A stretch of 48,853 nt of DNA. Origin: an uncultured Thermoplasmatales archaeon (lineage in GTDB: Archaea > Thermoplasmatota > E2 > UBA202 > DSCA01). Position 1 is the stretch's first letter, and the number at the start of each line of letters is the position of its first letter. Where the stretch lies: NCBI GenBank assembly GCA_964514975.1, contig CAZESS010000018.1, forward strand, positions 1 to 48,853, in the 5' to 3' direction. The notes below the pieces were generated by a model. The model was not told the origin of the DNA and did not search any database. It was given only the letters and a program-made list of their open reading frames with translations. The position numbers and the translations under genes were made by a program. Below, one piece after another: positions 19,703 through 29,760 of the stretch.

Positions 19703-22396
19703 ATGAAACACGTCGCCGCGTTCATCGTCGCCATTTTTGTGCTGTCCGGAGCCGCCGCGGCGCTCACCCCCATGGAGATGCGCGCCGGCGAGGGCGTTCC
19801 CATGATGTCGGACAGCGCCGTCCAGTACGGTCAGGGCTACCGGTACAACGCCCAGGGACTCATCTACGTCCACATCGAGGGCGACGCACTCGAACGGGGC
19901 CGGCAGCACGGCCACCTGCTCTACCCAGAGATCATGGACATGCTCTCCCGGTGGGCGAACACCATTCACAACGCCCCCGTGATGGGCAGCCTCCACGTCA
20001 ACCAGACGTCTGAGCGCTACCAGCAGATATCGCAACGCTGGTGGACGTTTTGCCGCAGCCGCTGCATGAACATCTTCTGGGAGCACTACCCGGTGGAATA
20101 CCAGCGGGAGGTCAAGGGCATCGCCCAGGGTGTCGCCAACCGCGGCGGGCGGCTGTATGGCGAGCCCGTCACCTATCAGGATATCCTGACGCTCAACGAG
20201 ATGTACGAGTTCATGTCGATGCTGGTGAACCCCATGAAAAGCATCCATCCACTCCGCAGCCTTTACTATGACCTGCTCGGCGTCGCGCCGGAGCTCGAGG
20301 AAAAACAGGCAGCGTTCATCACGTCCATGGTCAGCCAGCCGCCGGCGCATCACTGCAACGGCTTCATCGCCACGGGCGACGCGACCACCAATGGGCAGAT
20401 GGTCGCCGCCGATTCCGTCTGGTTCGGCAGCTGGTGGTACAGCTACTATATCGCGCAGCGATGGAACGTCATCATGGACATCGACCCGGCGAGGGGCAAC
20501 CGCGTCGTGATGGGCACCTCGCCCGGCCTCATCTGGAGCGACGAAGACTACTACCAGAACGACAGGGGATTGGTACTCATCGAGACCACCTGCCCGCAGG
20601 GGATCTGGAAAAAAAATGGGCTGCCCCTTGCTGTCCGGGCGCGAACGGCGATGCAGTATGGCAGCACCGTTGACGACGCCATCGAAGCATTGCGGGGGAA
20701 CAACAATGGTATCATGAACGCGGTCTGGCTCATCGGTGACGCCACCACGGGCGAAATCGCGCGCTTCGAGCTCGGGCTCTACGAGAGCGCGGTCTGGCGG
20801 ACAAAAAACGGGTTCTACTGGTCTGCCAACAATCCCATGGACGCGTCGGTGCGGCGCGAGCAGCTCCGGCTGGAGAGCGCCAAGGGTGTCCTGTTCCGGG
20901 CGTTCAACATCCTGTTCAACACCTCCGGCTATGAGTACTACACGTTGCAGTATCATCCATCGCCCCGGGATATCAGGTTCGAGGAGATGGGCAACGAGTA
21001 CTACGGGAACATCGATGCCGAGATCGTGAAAAAAATCATGTCGACGCCGCCCATGACCGATTTCACAAGCGACTGCAAGCTCACCGACAGCTATCTGCTC
21101 GAGGACAACGGCCTGTGGGCCTTCTGGGGCAACACGGGCGGCCGGGTCTGGAACACCTCGGCGCTGCAGCCAAACCTCCGCGGCATCGTCGACGTGCCCC
21201 CGGCGGGATGGGTCCGCATGTATGGCATGTCCGACGGTGCCTCCTTTGCATATCGGCCGGCCAACGCGACCGGCGGCGGTGTGCTTGCATGGGAGAGCAA
21301 CACCTCCACGCCCCGCTACGGAAGCCCCGCAGTCGCCGCCGACAACGGCACCGTCTACGTGGCAAGCGGCAGCATGATTGAGGCGCTCGATGCCGATAGC
21401 GGCGCTCGGCAGTGGAGCCACCGTGTCGGCATGCAGGCGGTTCGGCCATGCGTCCACGATGGCATCGCCTATGCCGGAAGTGCTTCAGGTCTTTTTGCCC
21501 TCGACGACGGCAGCGTGGTGTGGAGCCATGACGGCCAGGTGTGTTCCCAGCCGGTCTACCACGACGGCATGGTCATCGCGGGGGGGAACGGCACCGTGTC
21601 CTGCCATGCAGCAGCGGATGGCTCCCTGCGGTGGACGACACCGGTGAACGGTTCGGCCTCTGTCTCACAGGTGATGGACGACCATGTTTACGTGGCGGCG
21701 GGACGCACCTGCTATGCCCTCGACCTGGAGGATGGCTCCGCCGTGTGGACGTTCGCCGCCGGTGCGCCGGTGACCGCTGCACCGGCAGCGCGTGATGGCA
21801 CCGTCTATGTTGGAAGCTGGGACAACAATCTCTATGCGCTGGATGCAGCCGACGGCGAAATGGTATGGAAACGTGCGACTGGCTGGGGGGTGGACACCAC
21901 GCCGGCGGTCGACGACGACCGCGTCTATGCGGGCTCGATGGACAACGGCATGTACTGTTTCGACGCCGCATCGGGCGACCTCGTATGGATGCACAGCCAT
22001 GCCTCCGCCGTTCATTCCTCTCCCATGCTGTACGGCGACTACGTGATGTACGGCTGCGACGACGGCCATGTGTACGCGCTGAACAGGACGACGGGGGCCA
22101 TGGGATGGAGCTACGCCCCGGCGTATTCGATGCAGCGCGATGTCTACAACTTTGTGACTACGCCCATCCGCTCGACGCCTGCCCTGGACGGGCAGACCTG
22201 CTACATCGGCGCCGCCGGCCACGTGTATGCGCTGGATGCGCAGACGGAGCCATGGCCCGCTGACATCGGAACGGACGAGGAGGCAGGAGGCGCCGGCATT
22301 GTCTGGTGGACTGTTGCCATCATCATTGGCGCGGCAGCCGGCGCCACCGGATACCTCTGGTATCACCGCCGCCGGTCGGGTTCACCCAGCCAATAA
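19703..22396 (+). CDS. Membrane-anchored Ntn-hydrolase (C45/phospholipase-B-like) with PQQ-like beta-propeller
   Basis: Signal peptide, ERGRQHG, HH|CNGFIATG (N-terminal nucleophile Cys), ETT, repeated 'VYVGSWDNNLYALDAADG..W' blades, C-terminal TM followed by HRRR. Confidence 0.78.
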   Translation: MKHVAAFIVAIFVLSGAAAALTPMEMRAGEGVPMMSDSAVQYGQGYRYNAQGLIYVHIEGDALERGRQHGHLLYPEIMDMLSRWANTIHNAPVMGSLHVNQTSERYQQISQRWWTFCRSRCMNIFWEHYPVEYQREVKGIAQGVANRGGRLYGEPVTYQDILTLNEMYEFMSMLVNPMKSIHPLRSLYYDLLGVAPELEEKQAAFITSMVSQPPAHHCNGFIATGDATTNGQMVAADSVWFGSWWYSYYIAQRWNVIMDIDPARGNRVVMGTSPGLIWSDEDYYQNDRGLVLIETTCPQGIWKKNGLPLAVRARTAMQYGSTVDDAIEALRGNNNGIMNAVWLIGDATTGEIARFELGLYESAVWRTKNGFYWSANNPMDASVRREQLRLESAKGVLFRAFNILFNTSGYEYYTLQYHPSPRDIRFEEMGNEYYGNIDAEIVKKIMSTPPMTDFTSDCKLTDSYLLEDNGLWAFWGNTGGRVWNTSALQPNLRGIVDVPPAGWVRMYGMSDGASFAYRPANATGGGVLAWESNTSTPRYGSPAVAADNGTVYVASGSMIEALDADSGARQWSHRVGMQAVRPCVHDGIAYAGSASGLFALDDGSVVWSHDGQVCSQPVYHDGMVIAGGNGTVSCHAAADGSLRWTTPVNGSASVSQVMDDHVYVAAGRTCYALDLEDGSAVWTFAAGAPVTAAPAARDGTVYVGSWDNNLYALDAADGEMVWKRATGWGVDTTPAVDDDRVYAGSMDNGMYCFDAASGDLVWMHSHASAVHSSPMLYGDYVMYGCDDGHVYALNRTTGAMGWSYAPAYSMQRDVYNFVTTPIRSTPALDGQTCYIGAAGHVYALDAQTEPWPADIGTDEEAGGAGIVWWTVAIIIGAAAGATGYLWYHRRRSGSPSQ

Positions 22397-22463
22397 AATA
22401 TGGCCCGATGTTGGGTCTCCCGGCGCCACTTTTTTTGACCGTATACCAGCATTCCTGACGCGG

Positions 22464-22877
22464 TTACGGAGCCGCGACATAGATGTGGGCCTCGTCGACG
22501 CCCTTCAGCGCCTTGAGCCGGTAATAGGCGGTGCCGACATCCTGGATGTCCCCGGAAAACATGAGCACCTCGCAGCATGAACAGGCGGCGGCGTCGAAAT
22601 CCGAGTGCATGAAGCTCCGGAAGATGTCCATGTGCTGATGGCGGACCGCCGAGACCTGCCCGGCGGCGTCATGTTCGTAGAGCAGCGTGATGACGCCCTC
22701 GACGACGCCGCGGCGCTCGTCAAGACCGGCTTTTTCCCTGAGCAGCGCCCTGACGGCGTCGCGGACGAGCTCCGACCGGCTCCGGTAGCCCATTTCCGAT
22801 GCTGCGGCCCGGATGGCCTCGTCCATCTCCGCCGGGATGCTCATGGACACGACCCGGGCCTGGCCGTCAGCGGTCAT
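22464..22877 (-). CDS. NikR-family ribbon-helix-helix metalloregulator
   Basis: VVSMSIP...GYRSRSELVRDAVR RHH, GVITLLYEH, RHQH...MH...CCEV, ACT-like C-terminal domain. Last gene of the metal ABC operon. Confidence 0.85.
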   Translation of the reverse strand: MTADGQARVVSMSIPAEMDEAIRAAASEMGYRSRSELVRDAVRALLREKAGLDERRGVVEGVITLLYEHDAAGQVSAVRHQHMDIFRSFMHSDFDAAACSCCEVLMFSGDIQDVGTAYYRLKALKGVDEAHIYVAAP

Positions 22878-23698
22878 CCTGTCCTCCGGTACAGCGCCGC
22901 GAAGATGAACAGCGCGGCGGCGGTGAACACGATGACCCCGCTGGTCGCCACGTCGTAGACGGCCGACAGCGAGATGCCGAGGAACATGCTGAGCAGGCCG
23001 ACGCCCACGGCCGCCATCGTGGTCCGGCGAAACGAGAGATTGAACTGCAGCGCCGTCAGCCCGGGCAGCACTATCAATGCGACGACGAGGATGATGCCGA
23101 TAACCTTGATCGACAGCGTGACCGTCGTTGCGACCAGGATGTGGAAGCCCACCGACAGCGGGGTCACCGGGATGCCCATCAGCCGTGCTGCCTCCTCGTC
23201 GAACGTGATGGACAGCAGCTCCTTGTGGAACACGCCCAGGAACAGCGCCGCAGCGATGCTCAGCCCCGATACGATAACGAGATCGGTTTGGTCGATGGTG
23301 AGGATGGAGCCGAATAGGTAGCTGAACAGCTCGACGTTGAAACCGCCCGCAAGGCTGATGATGACCAGGCCGCCGGAAAACCCGAGGGCGAGCATCACGG
23401 CGATGGCCGCATCGGAATGCGCGATGCCCCTGCGTCGCATGAAGGCAATGCCCAGCACCGCCACCGTGGACACCACCCAGGCGGTGAGCAGCGGGTTGAC
23501 ATGCAGCAGCAGCCCCAGTGCGATGCCCCCGAAGGCGGTATGGGCGATACCGTCACCGATCATGGTCTCCCGCCGCAAAATCAAGAAAAAGCCGACCCAG
23601 GCGCAGGCAAGCGCGGTGAGCAGGCCGCCGAGCAGCGCATGCTGGAAAAACTGGTAGCCGAGCAGCCGGGGCAGGTCGAGCAGGGTCAGGCTACTCAT
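22874..23698 (-). CDS. Zn/Mn ABC transporter permease (ZnuB-like)
   Basis: IGDGIAHTAFGG, YLFGSILT, TFDEEAARLMG, VIGIILVVALIVLP. Confidence 0.93.
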   Translation of the reverse strand: MSSLTLLDLPRLLGYQFFQHALLGGLLTALACAWVGFFLILRRETMIGDGIAHTAFGGIALGLLLHVNPLLTAWVVSTVAVLGIAFMRRRGIAHSDAAIAVMLALGFSGGLVIISLAGGFNVELFSYLFGSILTIDQTDLVIVSGLSIAAALFLGVFHKELLSITFDEEAARLMGIPVTPLSVGFHILVATTVTLSIKVIGIILVVALIVLPGLTALQFNLSFRRTTMAAVGVGLLSMFLGISLSAVYDVATSGVIVFTAAALFIFAALYRRTG

Positions 23699-24467
23699 CG
23701 GCGAACACCCCCGTGCATTCATGGCGGTGGAACACGAAATGGAAATGGTCGCCGTAGACCTCCCGGAGTATCTCGTTGGGCTCCAGATCCTCCGTGATAT
23801 CCGCGCTGTAGACCTCCCGGTTGACGCACATCACCTTGGACATCCGGCAGAAGACGGCCGCCAGGTCATGCGACACGATGACGATGGTGAGATCCCGTGC
23901 CTCGTTCAGGTCGCTGAGCTTTTTGTAAAACCGCTCCTGCGTTTCCGCGTCGACGCCGGTGACGGGCTCGTCGAGCAGCAAAATCTCGGGGTCGCGGACG
24001 AGCGCCTTGGCGACGAACACCCGCTGTTTTTGCCCGCCGGAGAGACGGCCGATGTGCCGGTCCGCCAGGTCGTCCATCTCCATCAGCGCCAGGGTTTCGT
24101 CGACCGCGTGCCAGTCATCCCGGCTGAGCGGCCGGCCGAGCCTGCCCCGGGTGATGCGACCCAGCCCGGTGAGCTCCCGGACGGTGAGCGGAAACGACGC
24201 GTCGAAGCTGAGGGAGTCCTGCGCCACGTAGGCGATGCGCTCCCATTCCGAGAACGCCTGCTTGTCCCGGCCGAACAGCCGGACGGAGCCGCTCGCGGCG
24301 GGGATGACGCCGAGGAGCGCCTGCAGCAGCGTTGTTTTGCCGCCACCGTTCGGTCCGATCATGCCGACGTAGTCGCCGCGTTCGATGGTGAAGGATGCGT
24401 CGCTGATGACCGTGGCGCCCGAGCGGGTGACCGTGAGCGCTTCGGCCTCGACAGCCGGGGCGGTCAT
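23691..24467 (-). CDS. Zn/Mn ABC transporter ATPase (ZnuC-like)
   Basis: GPNGGGKT, LSGGQKQR, LLLDEP, VSHD, His/Cys-rich tail HFHFVFHRHEC. Confidence 0.94.
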   Translation of the reverse strand: MTAPAVEAEALTVTRSGATVISDASFTIERGDYVGMIGPNGGGKTTLLQALLGVIPAASGSVRLFGRDKQAFSEWERIAYVAQDSLSFDASFPLTVRELTGLGRITRGRLGRPLSRDDWHAVDETLALMEMDDLADRHIGRLSGGQKQRVFVAKALVRDPEILLLDEPVTGVDAETQERFYKKLSDLNEARDLTIVIVSHDLAAVFCRMSKVMCVNREVYSADITEDLEPNEILREVYGDHFHFVFHRHECTGVFADE

Positions 24468-25393
24468 GCGTCCAGCCCCTGTTTCAGGTTGTCGAGGTTG
24501 GTTTCCTGCTGGCCATGGTAGTCCAGGCCGTCGACGGGCCCGAGCATGAGATACAGCTCGAGCACCTCGGCGTCATGGTCCGTTTTAGCCTGGAGGGTGC
24601 GCTCCAGCATGCCGGCATAGGTGTCTGCGTAGACGGGGTCGACGTAGATGGTGTACACCTGTTCTTTTTCCATCCGGTCGACGAGGGCCGCGATGGCCGG
24701 GGTGCCGGGCTGCTCGTCCCCGGACAGCCCGATGACGCTCTGCTGCTCGAAGCCATATCGGTCGGCAAGGTAACCGTAGGCGGCATGGGTGACGAAGATG
24801 ACGTTTTTCTGCCGGTCGGCGAGCTCCTGCCGGTAACGGGTGTCGAGGTCGGTGAGCCGCTCTCTGAGCTGCTTCCAGTTGTCCGTGTAGCTGGAGGCAT
24901 TGGCCGGGTCACGTGTTGCGAGCGCCTGGTAGATGGCCTGCGCCTGCTGCCGCGCCGCGTAGGGGCTCACCCAGGTGTGCGGGTCGATGTCTCCGTTGGC
25001 GGTGCGCAGTGTGACGTTGGCAGTGGTTTCGACGACTGTTTTGCCCGTGGTGGAGAGTGCCGGGAGTATGTCGTCTTCGAACCAGTGGTCGAGATTGGCG
25101 CCGTTGTAGAGCAGCACATCGGCATCGTCGGCCTGGAGGATGTCGGCGGTGCCGGGCTGCCATGCGTGTATCTCGGTGTTGGATGGTACGAGCGTGTCGA
25201 CGGTGACGTGGTCGCCGCCGATTTCTTCGGCGAGGTAGGCGAGCGGGTAGAAGGTCGCCATGACCGTTGTCCTTTCGTCGCTGTCGTCGGGCTGCATCTG
25301 GATGACGGCGCCGATGATGACCGCTGCCGCAACGGCGATGGCGGCCACGAGCAGCAGGATTTTCATGCCTCGCTGTCTGGCTGACGGGTTCAT
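24464..25393 (-). CDS. Zn/Mn ABC transporter substrate-binding protein (ZnuA-like)
   Basis: N-terminal TM, ATFYPL, EIHAWQP, DPHTWVSP, THAAYGYLADRYG. Confidence 0.93.
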   Translation of the reverse strand: MNPSARQRGMKILLLVAAIAVAAAVIIGAVIQMQPDDSDERTTVMATFYPLAYLAEEIGGDHVTVDTLVPSNTEIHAWQPGTADILQADDADVLLYNGANLDHWFEDDILPALSTTGKTVVETTANVTLRTANGDIDPHTWVSPYAARQQAQAIYQALATRDPANASSYTDNWKQLRERLTDLDTRYRQELADRQKNVIFVTHAAYGYLADRYGFEQQSVIGLSGDEQPGTPAIAALVDRMEKEQVYTIYVDPVYADTYAGMLERTLQAKTDHDAEVLELYLMLGPVDGLDYHGQQETNLDNLKQGLDA

Positions 25394-25416
25394 ATCCTAT
25401 ACCATACCCGTGCTAT

Positions 25417-25446
25417 TTTATTAATTTTTCCCGATTTTTTAATAAA
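25417..25446. promoter_or_regulatory. AT-rich palindrome TTTATTAA-N14-TTAATAAA in the metal-ABC promoter (candidate NikR-like operator)
   Basis: Arms at 25417-25424 and 25439-25446, between the divergent znuA-like and M28 genes. Confidence 0.45.
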
Positions 25447-25496
25447 GCTGCCGGTCGGGGTTGTAACATTTATACACACATCGTCGTTACGCCACC

Positions 25497-26777
25497 ATGC
25501 ATACACACATCGGCCTGGCCGCAACCTTCTGCGTCCTCCTGCTGGCGACACCTGCATCTGTCGCGATTACATCCGTGGAGGCGGACGCCGACAGCGGAAC
25601 ACCCGACATCCTCGACATGCTCGAACAGGTCAACGAAACAATGGTCTTCCATTATCTCGACACGCTCATGTCGTTCGGGCCCCGATACACCGGCTCCGCG
25701 AACTGCTCCGCTGCCGCCCGATGGATACACGACGAGTTCACCGCCATGGGCTTCCCTGCCCGTTTCCATGAATGGCGCTATGCCGGTTTTAGCAGCCAGA
25801 ACGTCGTCGCCACCCTGAACGGCAGCGACAACACCGAAATCATCCTGTCTGCCCACTACGACTGCACCCCCGGGTCGCTGGGCGCCGACGACGACGGGTC
25901 AGGCATAGCGGCCATGATGGCCGCGGCAGAGATCATGAGCCAGCACACATTCAACCACACCGTCCGGTTCATCGCGTTCTCAGGCGAGGAAGTCGGTACC
26001 TACGGCAGCTTTTGCTATGCGCGGCAGGCCTACCGACGCGGCGATGACATCAGAGCCGTGGTCAACCTCGACATGGTCGGCTATGCCAACACCTCCCGCG
26101 GCGGCGACATGGTCCGGATGTTCAGCACGCCACGCACCCAATGGCTCGCCGATTTCTCGAGCACCGTTGCAGCACGCTATCCATCACTGGACATGTCCGT
26201 CGACGTCGTGCCCAACTACCGCGGCGCCGACCACCAGGCATTCCTCGACTACGGATACGACGCGGCATTCTACGCACACGTCGACGGCTACCCCTGGGCC
26301 AACTCGCCCGGGGACACGCCCGACCACCTCAACCACACCTACCAGGTCAAGGCCACCAAGTACTTCCTGGCGCTCACCGCCGAGCTCGCCGTGCAGTCCA
26401 TCCCGCTGCAGGTCGGGCTCACCGCGCCGCATGAGGGACAGCTCTACCTGGGCGATCTGCCATTGCTGGAAATCGCCGGCGGCCGACTCTGGCACAGCGG
26501 GCTTCGCGGCACCACGGTGCTGCTGGGGAGTGCCACCGCACGGGCAACGGTGTCACACATGCACGAGGTGGAGCGGGTTATCTTTTGCATCGACGACATC
26601 TTTATCTCCTGGGACAGCACCCCGCCCTACGAATGGCATATCCAGGGAAAACATGCACCGCCGCTTGGGCGGCATACGCTCCGGGTCATCGCCTACGACA
26701 GCATGGGCAATGTTGCCAGCGACGAGATGGACATCTTCATCGTGACCCTCGCCTACCAGTACGCGCCGTGGGCATGA
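25497..26777 (+). CDS. Secreted M28-family aminopeptidase with C-terminal Ig-like domain
   Basis: Signal peptide, SAHYD, GADDDGSG, FSGEEVG, NLDMVG, ADHQAF. Confidence 0.9.
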   Translation: MHTHIGLAATFCVLLLATPASVAITSVEADADSGTPDILDMLEQVNETMVFHYLDTLMSFGPRYTGSANCSAAARWIHDEFTAMGFPARFHEWRYAGFSSQNVVATLNGSDNTEIILSAHYDCTPGSLGADDDGSGIAAMMAAAEIMSQHTFNHTVRFIAFSGEEVGTYGSFCYARQAYRRGDDIRAVVNLDMVGYANTSRGGDMVRMFSTPRTQWLADFSSTVAARYPSLDMSVDVVPNYRGADHQAFLDYGYDAAFYAHVDGYPWANSPGDTPDHLNHTYQVKATKYFLALTAELAVQSIPLQVGLTAPHEGQLYLGDLPLLEIAGGRLWHSGLRGTTVLLGSATARATVSHMHEVERVIFCIDDIFISWDSTPPYEWHIQGKHAPPLGRHTLRVIAYDSMGNVASDEMDIFIVTLAYQYAPWA

Positions 26778-26824
26778 CCGGGCAGGGGCACAAGCTTTAT
26801 ATGCAAATATCCCATAATAATTAC

Positions 26825-27028
26825 ATGTCTGTTATAAAGAGCATCGAACTGGTGGGCAGCTCACCGGACACCTTCGAGGACGCGGTCAACACCGCCATCA
26901 GCGAGGCCAAAAAAACCATCCGCAACATCCGCCGGGTCAAGGTAGACGACATGGAAGTCCTCATAGAAAACGACGAAATCGTCTCCTACCAGGCAAAAAT
27001 CAAGCTCTACTTCATGGTAGAGCGCTAA
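26825..27028 (+). CDS. Dodecin-family protein
   Basis: MSVIKSIELVGSSPDTFEDAVNTAISEAKKTIRNI...YQAKIKLYF. Confidence 0.88.
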   Translation: MSVIKSIELVGSSPDTFEDAVNTAISEAKKTIRNIRRVKVDDMEVLIENDEIVSYQAKIKLYFMVER

Positions 27029-27041
27029 AAACGGAGGAACA

Positions 27042-27269
27042 ATGCCCGAATACAGCACCATCTCGATACCAAAGGACCTTCACCGGGAGATAGAGGAGCT
27101 CATAAAAGACAACCCCGGACTCGGCTACTCGAGCGTCGCCGAGCTCTGCAAGGAAGCCATCCGCCTCCGCCTCTCAGAGGTCCGCATGGAACAACGTGAG
27201 GGCATGCTCAGCGAGGTCGAGGTCGAAGAACTTCTCGAGACGCTCGAGCGAAGCCTGCGCGAAGAATAA
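27042..27269 (+). CDS. Ribbon-helix-helix (CopG-like) DNA-binding protein
   Basis: YSTISIPKDL...GYSSVAELCKEAIRLR, with SD GGAGG upstream. Confidence 0.8.
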   Translation: MPEYSTISIPKDLHREIEELIKDNPGLGYSSVAELCKEAIRLRLSEVRMEQREGMLSEVEVEELLETLERSLREE

Positions 27270-27273
27270 CCAC

Positions 27274-27882
27274 ATGCGCATCCTGGCAGCCGCGGACTTC
27301 CACGGAAAACCCTTCCGCTACCAGGCAGTCAGGGAAGCGGCGGCGGAGGTGCAGCCAGACATCGCCGTTCTGGCGGGCGACGTCAATGGCAGCGCCGACC
27401 TTTTCAGGCTGCTGAACAAGCTCGATCTGCCCACGCTCGTCGTCCACGGCAACATGGACAGCATCAGCATCCGGGAGCCCATCACGGACACCGGCGCCAT
27501 TTTTTTGCACAACCATGCCTATATTCACGACGACGTTTCCTTCATCGGCATCGGTGGTGCATCTCCGCAGACCGATGTTGTTACCATGCACGGAAGCAAC
27601 GAACAACAGCGGCTGGATAAAACGACATGCGACATCCTCGTCACCCATGTCCCGCCGAAGGGCGTCAAGGATGCAGCGATGCTCGGCCGGCACATCGGCA
27701 GCGACTGGGTCCGCACCTTCGTCATGGAACGGGAGCCACGCCTCGTCATCTGCGGGCATGTCCACGAGGACCGCGGGCACGCCTGGCTCAACAGGACAAT
27801 GGTCGTCAACTGCACCATCGGCAAAGGCGGCGCCTGCTCCATCATCGATATCAACAGGGATGTGTCCGTCCGGCATGTATAG
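27274..27882 (+). CDS. Calcineurin-like metallophosphoesterase
   Basis: ADFHG, AGD, HGNMD, THVPP, CGHVHE. Confidence 0.9.
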   Translation: MRILAAADFHGKPFRYQAVREAAAEVQPDIAVLAGDVNGSADLFRLLNKLDLPTLVVHGNMDSISIREPITDTGAIFLHNHAYIHDDVSFIGIGGASPQTDVVTMHGSNEQQRLDKTTCDILVTHVPPKGVKDAAMLGRHIGSDWVRTFVMEREPRLVICGHVHEDRGHAWLNRTMVVNCTIGKGGACSIIDINRDVSVRHV

Positions 27883-29649
27883 CTAGACGTGATGGCGGAC
27901 GTTGACCGCCTCACCTTTTTCGTTCTCCCGCATCTCGGCACCGTTCATCGCTGCCTCCCCAATGCCGCGGATGTCGCCGTCATGGAGCACGACGACCTCG
28001 TCACCACACCGGATACCCGGGTCGGCGTCAACCACCCCGACGGCGAACACCGAGCCCAGCGGCACAAAATCCTCGATTTCAACCCAGTAGCCGTCCAGGC
28101 CGGCGAGCCAGCAGGCGCCATCCAGCGTCAGCGAAAACAGGCCGCGCTCGGGTACAAACATGCCCATCTGGACATCGTTGTCAAACACCCGGAACCGGGG
28201 ATACCGTCCCCGCACCGTCATGCCATCGAGCAGCCCGGCGCTCCCAAACTGGTACCGGAGCAGCGCTCCCGTCCATTCACGTTTCCTCATCTGCCAGGAA
28301 ACACTGTCATACGGGGCAGTTTCCTGCCGGAGCATGTCGGTGAGCGCGTCCAGCGACCCACGCGAGGTCGGATGCCCCCGGCAGGTGTTCACGGCGTCGA
28401 TGTCCACAAAACTGGCAATGTCATTCGGGAGATGCTGTACGACCAGGTCATACTGGTTTTGCTCCAGGAATTGCTCGAGCATCCCCGATACCATGGCCTG
28501 CTCGTCATGGCTCCATCTGCCCGTCACCGAGACGTCATAATGTGCCGCCGGGTACACCGCGTCGAGCTCGATTGGTACGATCCCCAGCGGTGAGGTCACC
28601 ACGACACGGTGCACCGCATATGGGTTCCCGCACGCCCCGACGGCCTCATGGAACCGGTGATGGGAACGCGACCTGGAATAGGGCTTCCCCATCGAGCAGG
28701 GCAGCAGCAGCAACATCGATGCCGACGACGGCTTCCGATACCGGGCGAGCACGCGACGGCGGAAGCGCTCCACGTCCGGCCGCGACAGCGACAGCGGCGT
28801 CGCCGCGAAGCTGCCTGCCTGCACCGGGAATCGTGTCTCCTGAAATCTGCCATGCTCGGCGTCGAGCAGACGCAGCACCGATAGATGATGCGGCGACACC
28901 TGGCAGCGCCGTTCGACGAGCGACCGGAACACGCCGGTGGCGATGGCATGCCGTATCATCCGTATCTCCGCCATGGCAGCGTTGTAGTTATGCTGCAGCA
29001 GGCCGTCGAAGCCCTCGCTGTCAATGCAGCCGGGACAGCGGCAGGGCAGCGCCTCGTATGCACCGGCAGGCATGGCGCCATCGATGGACAGAAACATGCC
29101 CCGCCGTGCGCTCTCGACGAGCGGCAGCGAGTCAACGAGGTCGACGGTACAGTATGCCAGCACTGCCAGGTCGGCGGGCCGACCGAGCCCCGGCGTGTAC
29201 AGCACTGCCTGGGAGCCAATGGTCTCCCGGACAGCGACGATGGCTTCGACGAAACGACGGGGATGAGAAAACAGTTCACGGGCATTCGCCAGCACATATA
29301 TCGACGCGTCGCCAACATCGTCGAGGGCCTTCGCCGAAACGACATGGATGTCCCCGGCCTGCCGACGGTTCCACTCGGCGGCATGTTCATGCAGCCCGGC
29401 GGGCAGCACGTCGGGATACACGAACGACGGCGGGATACATGGCTCCTGCTGCGACAGCGGCCGGAAAAAGCTCCCGGCATGCGACAGCGACCTATCGCCG
29501 TCCTGGGAGAGCAGCCATGCAGCATCATCCGGCGGGTCGATACGATTCGAGGTATACCACAGGATGCCCGGCGTGTGTATGCTCCGCTCGTTCAGGCGCA
29601 GCACGCCGGTCCGGGTGGTGGCGTCATGGTGGAGCGCTTCGAATTCCAC
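27883..29649 (-). CDS. arcS: Archaeosine synthase subunit alpha (TgtA2, with PUA domain)
   Basis: Degenerate TGT barrel with CRCPGC, LLLPCSMGKPYSRSRSH, TSPLGIVPIELD..YPAAHYD..VTG.W, C-terminal PUA domain. Confidence 0.88.
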   Translation of the reverse strand: MEFEALHHDATTRTGVLRLNERSIHTPGILWYTSNRIDPPDDAAWLLSQDGDRSLSHAGSFFRPLSQQEPCIPPSFVYPDVLPAGLHEHAAEWNRRQAGDIHVVSAKALDDVGDASIYVLANARELFSHPRRFVEAIVAVRETIGSQAVLYTPGLGRPADLAVLAYCTVDLVDSLPLVESARRGMFLSIDGAMPAGAYEALPCRCPGCIDSEGFDGLLQHNYNAAMAEIRMIRHAIATGVFRSLVERRCQVSPHHLSVLRLLDAEHGRFQETRFPVQAGSFAATPLSLSRPDVERFRRRVLARYRKPSSASMLLLLPCSMGKPYSRSRSHHRFHEAVGACGNPYAVHRVVVTSPLGIVPIELDAVYPAAHYDVSVTGRWSHDEQAMVSGMLEQFLEQNQYDLVVQHLPNDIASFVDIDAVNTCRGHPTSRGSLDALTDMLRQETAPYDSVSWQMRKREWTGALLRYQFGSAGLLDGMTVRGRYPRFRVFDNDVQMGMFVPERGLFSLTLDGACWLAGLDGYWVEIEDFVPLGSVFAVGVVDADPGIRCGDEVVVLHDGDIRGIGEAAMNGAEMRENEKGEAVNVRHHV

Positions 29650-29760
29650 GCATCAGGATTGCCGGGCGGGTTAAAGAGTTTATCGGCTGCAACGTGCCCG
29701 GCATCGCCGCCGTGTCGCCTATAAAAAAACATAAAAAGAGGAGCGATATTACTGCCTGTT

